DNA of 64,000 nt from Sphagnum compactum (taxonomy: Eukaryota): NCBI GenBank assembly GCA_965153455.1, contig OZ234494.1:4836001-4900000 (forward strand). The letters run 5' to 3'. The notes under the pieces were generated by a model that made no database searches, had not been told where the DNA came from, and saw only the letters and a program-made list of their open reading frames with translations. Shown in pieces: positions 53,461 to 64,000 of this stretch. Both the position numbers and the translations under genes were made by a program. Position 1 is the first letter of the stretch, and every line of letters begins with the position of its first letter.

Positions 53461-55109
53461 AATTTTTGAAGATGATTTTTCATTGTTTCTTTTGCACTTT
53501 TTGAAATTATGTAGATTTCTATTAACAAACTTGAAGTTTCTTTAGATTTTTCTTGTAAATATATTTTGTTAAAATCACGTGAACCAGAAGTTTAAAAAAT
53601 CCAAAGAACTGGTCTGAAGACTGGACCGGAAATATTCCATCCAAGAAAAATTAAAAATTAAAACCAGGATCAAAGGTTCCTTTTGAAATCACTTTGGAGG
53701 GTGGTGGTGCATTTGAGATTGGAGAGACACTTACATTTATTTTGGAAGGGAACCTTTTTTCTTTCTTTCTTTTGCTGGGGGCTTGTCTTTACCATTCATT
53801 TTCCCCTTCAATGTGCAAATGATGTTGCCTTTTGTTCTCATAAAGACAACAACCCAGCAAGGTACCATATCTACAACATGTTCTACAGGGTTGAATGTCA
53901 CTTGGTGCTGAAGTAAGATGCCATTTGCAAATTGGCAAGTTTGCTGACCACAAGGGACAAGACAAAAATATTGCATGATAGACTCTCTCACATCTGGTGA
54001 ATTAAAGGCGTAGAGGAAAAAATGTTGTGATACAAATTGCTGACATCTTGAGTAGGATGCTGAATAATGAACACCAAAAGCACCACAAATATCTTCCTAA
54101 CCCCCTTCCATAACAACCTAAAAATTTCCCATACATATGAAAATAAGATCTAGAAGCCATTCAAACTACTAAGTTATTACATACCACCAAATATTATAGA
54201 CTTCCACACAATGCAAAGGTAAAGAACTTATTATCACAGGATAGAACTCACCATATATCCTTTCCATGTAAGGCATAGTCATCAGTGACATGTTTAAAGA
54301 ATGTCACAAGTTGAATTAAGATAGCCCACATTGCTCAGAAAATAGAGAAAAAAAAATGGGGGAACTTGATCTAGCAACTACGATGGAAAATACTGTACAT
54401 GAACAATGGATACAGCACTACTACTCTTCTGCTGTTGCTGCTGTCATGTGAATCATCCAGCAGTGTCCAATGTATAAATGTGATTTTCAAAGAGTATAGA
54501 TAAGGGAGAGGCTGAAACTGATCTGGTCATGATTTGAATTCTCAACCTACCTATTAATTTGAGATTTCAACAACCAGTTCACTCAAGCTGAGAGCTAGCT
54601 AGATTGGGTAGCTTTTCTCTCTAACAAGGGTGTGGAAACAATGGCCATCTTACAGCATCTCATTACTGCTGACTAGAGTACTGTATCCTACTACTAGATA
54701 GTCGATGCAGGATTTTATAATGGCGTGGGATTATATTACTCTAAACCTCTTTCCCTTTGGTTCTGCAAGATTTAGATTTTCAGACACGTTAAATCCCTAT
54801 TAGAATTATAATTCAGAGCTGATCAAATTTCTAGCCATTGTTGCAGGAAGTAACAACCATTAGCTTCTCAATGTGTTGAATTCCTGGGTCGGATTTGAAG
54901 GTCATAGCACCCATCAATCCCAAGTTGCCTAATACTATTGATAGAGTGCAGGGATTAATTTGTGATCTGATTTAAATAGGTGGACAGTGAGCGTGTAAGA
55001 AGCATAACAATTACTGAACAATATTGTTCTAAGTTGGATGTGAAGTAGCAACAAAACCCATTATGTAAATAAGGCAACTTGATGAGTGGTCGTGAAATTG
55101 GCAATTGAC

Positions 55110-57184
55110 TTAGGGTTCAGCTGGTTTCCGAATGGATTCGACTGACCCTGCTGCTTCCAGGGTAGTGTGCCGAAAACCATATTGGTTGATGACTTGGTTG
55201 TCTGCGAATTTGATAGCCCGTTCCATTTGGGTTTGGCATAACTGGGGTGTGAAGGCTGGATTAATGACTCCTTCACAAAATTCACAACCCACAAAATGAG
55301 TTACAAATGGCCACCGTTCATCCCCATACACTCCTGGCTTGTACTTGGCCATCATTTCTTCAAATTTCTCTGTCAAAATTCTCCAGTACCCTTGCAAGTA
55401 GTAGGAACGCTCCAAGTATACCTTGGAACCCCACTTCTCGCTGCATTCACCACAAAAAAACCACATCAAAATTCAGATCAAGGATTACATTTTTTACTGC
55501 AGGCTCGGACAGATGAGGATCCCATATAATTTTCTGTGAGGTTGTTCTTAACTAGGGTCAGCTTCCATGTGGCTCACCTAGTCACTACGTCCAACTTCCC
55601 GGGCTTTCTATTTTCCAATTTTGTGATATCGAAAATATGGCGCATTTTTCCCCAAAAAAGAAGAATTAGTCAAATTTACACTAGGAAAGCAAACACTCTC
55701 AAAATTTCCCCCGTTTTTTTGTGAGGAAAAAACTAAAAACATGGCTCAAAGAAAGAAAAAGAAAACTGCACCCAATCAGGGTTTTCTTTTCCAATTTTTG
55801 TAATATCAAGAATTTGTCTCATTTTTCCAAAAATAGAAGAAGAATTAATACTCGAATTTGCACTACAAACAAAAAAGTTGCCAATTTTTGGGATCCAAAA
55901 ACGACAAAATTGCTTGAAAAAAGAAAGAAAAAACACTGGATTGGATTCAGGGGGGGGGGGGGGGGGGGGGGGGGTAGAGATTTGAAAATAAATTGACCTG
56001 TTTGAGAGCATGAGGTATACAAGTGCAGACTGATCATCAGCTTCGCTTGGAGGTCGATCAGGGAGGGCCTCGCTAAGGAGCGGACCAATGGCGTCACGGA
56101 CAGGACCCTGGGGACTCATGGGAGCCCAGGCGTTCAAGAGGTCCAAAGACCACTGGCAGTTCCGGAGCAAGAAAACACCAGCGTTGAGAGCCAGCCAGCT
56201 TCGCTTCTCGTACACGGCTTCATCCCACCCGTGCAACACCATGTTGTAGTTCGCGTATTTCTCCAACGGCAGTTGGAACGACATGTCCGTCAAGATGGCG
56301 TCGCTGTCCATCCACCAGATCCAGTCCACCTCTGGGTGCTTCCGTATCAGCATGTGGGTCAGGAATACCTTCACCCACCACAGTGTCATGTCGTCATCAA
56401 TCTTGTCCATGTTGTAGTAGATCTGGATGTCATGCAATCGGCAATAGTCCATTTTGTTCTTTATGGCCTTCAGAAGCATCTGATCTCCCCGTTTGTTTGG
56501 ACAAGCTTTTGGGTGTGAGCTCGTCACCAGAAGGATGCGAGGACCAGGATCACGTTTTGATGAAGAACTCGAATAGTACTGATCATCATCATTATCACGA
56601 TGCAGATCTTCAGCTGCTGCTGCTACTGCATTACTTGATCTAGTACTCTTCATCAGCTTTGCCTTGGTGATTTCTTCACGTTGCTCATCCCAGTTCTCAA
56701 TTCTGGGTCCAAATTTGGTGAACTCCTGGTTTGAGTTGAAGATCTGTTGCATCTTGGTGTCTATCTCTGTGAAAAGTCTCTTGACATCCTCATCCATTGG
56801 TGGTGCTTGATAGACTTTTTCCGACGTGACTTCCTGAATCGCGCCAGCTTGATCAATGACTTGTTTCTCCAGCTCATGATCTGAACCGAATTTTCGAACA
56901 GCTAATTTCTGAAGTGTTGTTTCACCACGACGTTGTTCTTGATCGGGTTGTCCCGAATTTACGGCGTCCTTGAAGTCGATCTCGTAGCTTACGCTCCAGA
57001 CAACCAGTATGCACACAGCAACCGCGGCGAAAACGAGATAAATACTCTTGCATTGAAACGTTTGCCGCAGCAGCTGCCCCTGCTGCTGCTTGAACCCTTT
57101 CTGACCTGCAGCAGCACGCAGCACCCTTCGGTACCAGGGCAGCTCCAGCGCTGCTTTTGTTGGTGATCCTTCTTCCCCTGTCAT
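55110..57184 (-). CDS. GT34 family glycosyltransferase (xyloglucan xylosyltransferase / galactomannan galactosyltransferase-like), type II Golgi membrane protein, 505 aa
   Basis: Exons 57184-55998 and 55440-55110 with GT-AG intron 55997-55441; 1518 nt in frame. N-terminal TM helix (IYLVFAAVAVCILVVWSVSY). GT34 motifs: GPRIENWDEQR, LLKAIKNKMDYCRLH, WWMDSDA (DxD), LNAGVFLLRNCQWSLDLL, EADDQSAL, YYLQGYW, RWPFVTHFVGC, MERAIKFADNQV. Confidence 0.95.
55600..55945. mobile_element. Two diverged copies of a short MITE-like element in the GT34 intron
   Basis: ttccaatttt(t)gt.atatc.a.aat.tg...catttttcc..aaaa.gaagaatta.t..aattt.cacta occurs twice. The second copy is bounded by cagggttttc ... aaaaaacactg (imperfect TIR). 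Confidence 0.55.
55950..55974 (+). repeat. G25 homopolymer
   Basis: Direct reading; it lies near the GT34 intron donor. Confidence 0.95.
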
Positions 57185-58871
57185 GGAGACTTAATCGGAA
57201 CACTGCTGCAGGAGGGCAGTACTGTACAGCTAATAACAGCTAAATGCTCCTCGCGGTCTAAAACAACTCCACGACATAGAACAATCTATAATACCAATCT
57301 GAAGACAAGACGAATATGACTCATGCAGCAGCAGGAAGTCACAACTCCAGAACAAGTCATGACTTGTAACACACTCTTTGCTGCAGGCAGGAAGAAATTT
57401 AATATAATATGAGGTCTAGGCATGAAAGATGTATGAATCCTGCAAGCACAATTTAGGTGATCACTCTTTCAATTAGACTGTAAGGATGGGTACAGCGCTG
57501 ACCAGCTAGCTGTTCTCAACATGAAACAACACTATCACTACCCACATCAAGAGTCCGTGCGCCCGCCTTTGCAGCCTTCTAGTTGGAAAAAGTCTATAGC
57601 ACTAAATCGTCTGAGTTCTGCAATCACCCTTGCAACTCCGAAGAACTCATCGGACTTGTACAAAATCTGGCAATTAGTGCACTGGCCCACACCAACTTTT
57701 TCAATTTTGAGTTAAATTGTGAACGAGGATCACTACAGAACTAATTCTCTGGAAGATCTGCAAATATTTCATGAGCAGGGATAAGTCTTTTTGCGTGACA
57801 ACAGCCGTCCCGCGAGCGTACCTGGTAGTATTCGATCAGCTTGCTGCCCATCATGAATGTATCCTGTCTCCCTCCCTGAGTGTGCAAGCCTAGCTGTGCG
57901 GATCTGACTACCACGCTAAAGGCATCTTTCCATTAGGCTGTTGTGATCACAGATTCCCTGATCAGAGCAAAGCAGCTTTGCATCATGTTTTTCTCAACTA
58001 ACTCTGCTCACAGTCATCTCATAGCTCTACCGATCAAACATTGACGAATTGCAGGAGCTTTGTGTCAAACTCTGACTCGCCCTACAATGAAATCTGTCGC
58101 CTGTTTTTTTCATGAGAACACGTGTTCCCAGAGTTCTTAACATGTATTTTTAGACACTTGCAGCTCTCTAATGGAAAGCTACCGTCTCTTCAATTAGAAA
58201 ACAAGGCCCTATGTCAATGGCTTTCAATTATTCTGCTATGATCATAGCAACCTAATGGAAAGCGACGCTAATTTAGTGCTACTTGCCTTCTCGCGTTCTC
58301 CATTTCGTTCCGGCAACTACAGACGACGAATGCAAGAGTATCATGCACGACAGTTCGCCAGATTTCGAAGAAAAATAAATCCAAATTGCCAGATTTTACT
58401 GGTAAGTTCTAGTAGATGATTTTAACTCCTCACATGAGGGTATCATAGTAGATCATGAAAAATATTTTAAAAGAAAAAAAAAACCTAATTTTTGAAAAAA
58501 ATAAGTTTATTTATTTTTTGCATGTGGAAATTGACCCTAGGCTATCTATCATTGATATGACAATATCATCCCTAAGATTGGATGGAATTCATTTGTGTCT
58601 TTATGTATCAATGATGGGACAATTTCATGTCCTAAGATTGTATTATACATACTTAGCACACCAGGATTTCAAAAGCTTGGGGGCTGCCTGAAGGCTTTTA
58701 CAAAGGACCTAACCGATTTCACTAAGCCGGGCCATCAAGTTACAGCAGAAAAAAAAATTCATGGGGTAAGGCCTTCCACTAAGGGTGCTCATTGTCATAA
58801 GCTCCCTATAATCGCCTTTGGTCAAATCTGTAATGTCCTCTCTAAGGGCATAGGGAGCTTACAACCATTCA

Positions 58872-59200
58872 TCTAGTAAGGGAGGTTGTTTGTTTGTTTT
58901 GTCATAGTGAGATTTCCCAAACCATGGCGCCCCCTATCATGCTCTTGGTATGGTTGGAAAGGCCCTTGATGAGATTGGGTACATTGAGGTGGGTTTGCAA
59001 TGTTTGGACTTATTGTACATGGGTTATTGAAATTTGAACAATTTTGTCATTTCAAATCATAATGTTAAGGAAATTGGGGTGTGCTCTACATAACATTGGA
59101 ACGTCCTTGATGAGTAGGGTTTCATGGAGATGATTTTGCAATTTTTCAACCTAAGTTGTAGGTAATCTTGAATTGCGAATTTATGTCAAAAATTAAAATT
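58872..59200 (+). mobile_element. Dispersed repeat related to 14806-15000 (possibly Helitron-like 5' part)
   Basis: Begins a|TCtagtaagggaggttgtttgtttgttttg and is collinear with the 14.8 kb copy. It contains an internal second ttggaa..ccttgatgag..ggt unit. Confidence 0.5.
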
Positions 59201-60397
59201 TTTTGTTGAAAATTGGATTTCAGCATCACACCTCAAGAAGGAGTACATTTTCCCCTTTCAAAATTCATTCAGTATTACAGAATCTACCCACTTGGTACAT
59301 ATTACTCCAAGAACCAGCAAGACCTTTATGGGTCAGGTATTGAATTTTCAAATTTTAATAACCTACCTAGATTATTGGAATTTCATGTACATAAGTTATA
59401 CCGCTGAAATCCTAAACATATTTATAATAAAAAACATGAAAATAGGAAAAAAAAAAAAAAAAAACCCCTTATAACCTACCCTACCTATGTAGTATAACCA
59501 ACAGTTCTCAAGGTGGCCATTTGAGAACCGATCCTTATACATAATTCATAGAAAATTCCATTTCAAGGCCTATGGTACATACAATGCTCGATATGTCAAA
59601 TGGCATGAGACTTCCAAATTTTCTCAAACTTAGAAACAAATAGAACTTTGAATTGGATCCTTCTTCACATTAATTAGAAAAAACTCTTTTTTTATTAAGG
59701 TACAATGATCAAATATCAGTAATTATTATTATATACACACCTATATACCTTCCTTGTGCTTTTCCATGCAACGTAATGTGATGACCAAAAATTATTGTCT
59801 TTGTGTTGAAGCAGCAGTAGCAAAGGAAACAATTGGGAGATAATGAATTGAATTGAAAAACCTTGTTCACAATAAAAAAACATACTGTAGGACCTTGGCA
59901 GCTTCAGCACAAATTTTTTAATATTGTCAGAAATGATGAAATTTTTTTATCAAAAAAATTTCATAGGAAATTATTTTGGGTGACGGGAAATGAAGAATCT
60001 TTTGGAAATAGATTCTGAGAATATTTTTTTCTCGGACTCGAATCTCAGTATTAATTAATTATTTATTCATTCGACAAATGTGCACTTAAGCCGCCCGTGT
60101 AACAACTACTAGCCTTTTTTATATACTAGTAACAACTACTAGCCTTTTTTTTGGGTAAAATTTTGGACTTTTTTTGGGTTGCAAATTCAATGATTTTTTG
60201 CAAAAAAAAAAATTGTCAAAAAAAAAAAATTTTTCAAAAACCCTTTGGAAATCGCCAGATTTCTATACATGGTAGCCAAAAATTATACAAGAGTGTTTAA
60301 ATTTTCACTTTTCATATTTTGTTAATCGCCAAATTTGGCTAAATCAGCTTATGGATGATCACCAACTCACCACCAGAAGAGTTCCAAATAATGCCAT

Positions 60398-61490
60398 TCA
60401 CATTGACATCCTAGCTTTGCATGAAGTCCTTTTTTTAAATCTTAAAAAAAATTCAAACCAAGTTTTAACATATCGAGTTCCACATGGTACTTGCAGCAAC
60501 AAACATTTATGTCTTTCAAAGGTTTGACATAATATGGCTTTAACTTCTGGAATGCACATTGCTTGATGTTGCATTCTAGGTGGGTTGTCTGAACTTGTAG
60601 AAAGAAACTGGTCTATAGTCCAATGCACATCATTGGTACACATTACCAAAAAAAACTAGTTTATGTGAATTTGAGGTTTACATTTCAATGAAACTATGGA
60701 TAAACATATCGATTTATAAGAATAGTTCATAAAAACATAACAGGCAAATATTGATGTACTAGCCTATCTACTTGATCCTTATACATAGACAAATAATGTG
60801 GTGCATGATCTACATAAACTACATGTCATGATACAAAAATAATGAATGTGATGCATAAAATACATAAATTCTGATGTCATATAATACCAAAACAACAAAG
60901 ATGGTGATAAGGTATATAAACTATTATGTCATGATACAAAAACAACAAAATTGATGCATAAGATACATAAACAATTTTGTCATGATACAAACATAGCTAA
61001 GGTGATGCATAGGATACATAAATTGTTTTCTCATGATACAAAAAAACCAAGGTATTGCATAAGATACATAAATTGTTATGTCAATATACAAAAACAATTA
61101 GGATATGTATCAAATCTACATAAACTGAAATAAGATGGTACAAGATAAACCAATATAGTGCATAAGATATATCAATTATAATCTAATGATACAAAAATAC
61201 ATAAGGAATATATGAAACCTTCACAAATTGGAATGACATGCCAAGTATCTAGAAGAAGGAGATGAACATCTTGTCTCACATTTCCAATTCCTTTCATTTG
61301 ATGCGGCATTACATCAACACATTGTTCAATTAAGGATTGAATGTTTGATTTAGCCTGTATTGCTGGGGCTCGACACTTTTGACTACCCTTATTTCGATGT
61401 GGTAGAATCCTACACCCTCTTTTGTTTTCATGCTTGTAACTCATGTAAATTGACCTAGAAATCCCCATGATTATGTACCAAGCAGTTTCA
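60398..61490 (-). mobile_element. Decayed transposon-like coding remnant interrupted by a minisatellite
   Basis: Minus-strand segments MGISRSIYMSYKHENKRGCRILPHRNKG..LIEQCVDVMPHQMKGIGNVRQDVHLLL and HWTIDQFLSTSSDNPPRMQHQ.. sit in AT-rich context without exon structure. The H(G/R)NKG...D.MPH...LLP pattern resembles Sola/DUF7869-type transposases (tentative). Confidence 0.4.
60780..61210. repeat. ~45-52 bp degenerate minisatellite (~8-9 copies)
   Basis: Unit like gtgatgcataagatacataaactattatgtcatgatacaaaaacaaccaag. Confidence 0.85.
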
Positions 61491-63039
61491 CAAAATTACA
61501 ATGTTAGATTTTGAATATTAAAGATAAAACATAATTTTCAATATCTATGAATGCAATGAATTTTGAACTCCCCAGTTTTCAATATAAAAATGGATTATCA
61601 TGAAAAAATAATGCATAAAATAATTGGTAAATGAAGACATTTAAAAAATAATAAGCCTTATTAATGAAATTGAAATATTAAAATTTATTTTTGTATGTTG
61701 GATGCAAAAAATAAATAAATTATGAATGTAATTTGTTCCATTTTTGATTTTTTGTTTTCACCATCAATGTCAAATAAACGAATGACGTATGGCCACGCAT
61801 TGTGCTTTTTTTTTTTAAGGTGAATTCTTTATTTCATAAAATAAAATAAAAACCACATGTTTATCCCGAAAAATTCACCGCTTTGGGAAATTCAAGAAAT
61901 TGATGATACATATTTGATGAGAATATTTATTGTTACAACATCTATTGGCCCCCTAGTGAATTTAATGGTTTTTCAAATTTGCCAACTTTCAAATGGCCAA
62001 TAATTGTTAAATTTGGACTTTTCAAAAGGCTTCCGAAACTAAGTTTTATATACATGAAGAAACTCTAGACATTGGGTCTAAAGTAATGGTAGTAATATGC
62101 ATACAAACATTGTAGCACACGCTCAATATTCGTGCAGACATTTTAGAAACATTTTGGACTTTGAAATTAGTGTTGTGGTTCATAAAATGCACATCAATCA
62201 TGATTCAAGGTGTAATGTTCTCCTTTTTCAATTTACCCCCCAGACCTATTATGATGCCACGAAATGCATTCACCCCATTGTTAAGGGCAAGATTATATTG
62301 TAGTAATTAAACCATATAAGCATAAAGAGTAAAAATTGTAATGTTTATTCAAAGACAAGTTGTATAGAGCAAATGAATCAGTAGTTACATGGTAGCATAT
62401 ATTATCTTGTTGCATTGGAATTTAAATATATGTGGGAGTTTTTTTCTTCTCCAAGAGTGAGTCCAATGTGGGAGTGCAAAGACAAGAGAGAATAGAACAG
62501 TAGCAGATAGAACCATGATCTTTTGTTTTTTTTTTTTTTTTGTATTTATTCCAATGTTTATTGTTCTTCCCTACATGTCATTATGAGAAGTAAAATTGTG
62601 GCATAATTATGACACAATCATAACTATGCATATACTTGGGCTATGGGATATATTATGGATGAGGTATGGATTTCAATTATAGATTTTGCATGAATGGAAA
62701 TCAACATGTATAAGAACAAAAATCACAATTGAACCAGTGGTAAAATATTAAGATTTACCAACCGTCAACCCTATAATTAATTTGGTTTAGTTTAGTTTCG
62801 ACTAAAAAAATATGGTATAAATTACAACCCTACAACTCTCATCCCTCAAAATTTCAAAACTTTGGAATGACATAAATCTTACAAGACTTTTAAAATAAAA
62901 AACTTGAAGACAAAAAAACTCAAACAACATATTGAAAACTTGAAATCAATAGGATATTATCCATGTTGTAGATTATTATAAAGTAGTTCATTTATTAAAT
63001 TTATCATTTCAAAATTTTATTGGAATTTCCTGATTTTTA

Positions 63040-63260
63040 AAAATTTCTAAGTTGTTCTGAAATATTCTTTCTCAATTGTTCTAAAACATAATTCATGTTA
63101 AATAACTCTGGAAGATTCCTTCCAAATTATTATGCAACGTTCATTTTATATTATTTTAGAATGTTCTTTCTAAATTATTCCAGGACATCCTTTCTGAATT
63201 AGTCTAAAATATTCCTTTTGTATTTAACTTGGAATATTTTTTCCAAATTATTCTTTCAAA
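63040..63260. repeat. ~23 bp degenerate tandem array
   Basis: Unit like ttgttctgaaatattctttctaaa. Confidence 0.75.
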
Positions 63261-64000
63261 ACATTTAGTTTATGAAAAAATAGCTAGAATATGGCGACAC
63301 CTAAAGAAGAACCATCGATTGAAATTTTGTCAACATTCGACATGACAATAATTATTTGGACTTTCAAAAAAAGAAATTTTCATGGGCACATTTCGAGAAA
63401 AAAAAACTTCAAATATGGCAAACAAATTTTTACAAATTTCAATAGGTTGCCAAATTAGAAATGTAGTAGGAGATATCTATCTAAACCCATATATTGAAAA
63501 TCACCACTTTAAAATATTAATACAAAAATGAAAATAACAAAACCCTGTCGTCGTTTGCAAATTCATAATTGCAAGGGGTGGAGACGAAGAGGTGGTGGCA
63601 AATGGTAATGCCCCCCTTTTAATTCCTTCAACTTTTTCCCCATCCTCCCCCTCACTCATATTCTTCTAGTCTATTTCACAACTTCTCTCCTCATACCTCT
63701 TCTTTCATCTCCAGACCTTTTCAACTTCAACAATTTGAATTAGGCTTTTGTGTTATAACTTCTCAAATCTCATCTCATTTTTTTCTTTTCACTTTCTAAC
63801 TACGTTCAATTCTTTTAGTAACTTATTTTTCTTTTTCTTCTTCTTCTTCCTGTGAAAAGATAAAACAAGCAGACAAGTTAGGCTAGGAAAGGGAGTGCTA
63901 AAAGAAGCAGCAAAACACAGTGAAACATTCGACGCAAAAAATTCTTGCAGATGTGGAGGCAGTGCAAAGAAACCATCTTATAGGTTTGAGTTTTCTTCAC

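Noticed and set aside
55733-57184. 483-aa ORF with a poly-Pro/Phe-rich tail taken as the full protein
   Set aside because: The tail is read-through into the intron. The conserved GT34 C-terminus is in exon 55440-55110.
58799-58860. 11-bp inverted repeat aagctccctat/atagggagctt as a miRNA precursor
   Set aside because: The stem is too short and the interior is unpaired. More likely a tiny MITE relic.

Overview
Eukaryotic land-plant nuclear DNA: intron-rich genes (almost all GT-AG) separated by very AT-rich, transposon-littered spacers. The gene and repeat content suggests a bryophyte, most likely a Sphagnum-type moss (inference). Genes that look intact: the 3' end of an NPH3/RPT2-like (NRL) gene, a COP10/UBE2E-type ubiquitin-conjugating enzyme, a ~38-exon spastizin (ZFYVE26/SPG15)-like gene of ~20 kb, and a GT34 glycosyltransferase. 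Decayed copies: a PLS-class PPR-E gene with an N-terminal OSB-type 'PDF' ssDNA-binding motif, a CDT1 3' fragment, a 5'-truncated and frameshifted U1-70K, and an unidentified gene head-to-head with COP10. Mobile DNA: two hAT transposase remnants, a non-autonomous CACTA element with a TAA target-site duplication, and several MITE/Helitron-like and tandem repeats. Most interesting: (1) the fusion of an OSB PDF motif to a PPR-E editing-factor scaffold; (2) a COP10 orthologue that keeps the catalytic cysteine missing from Arabidopsis COP10. All calls come from manual translation and remembered family motifs; no database searches were run.
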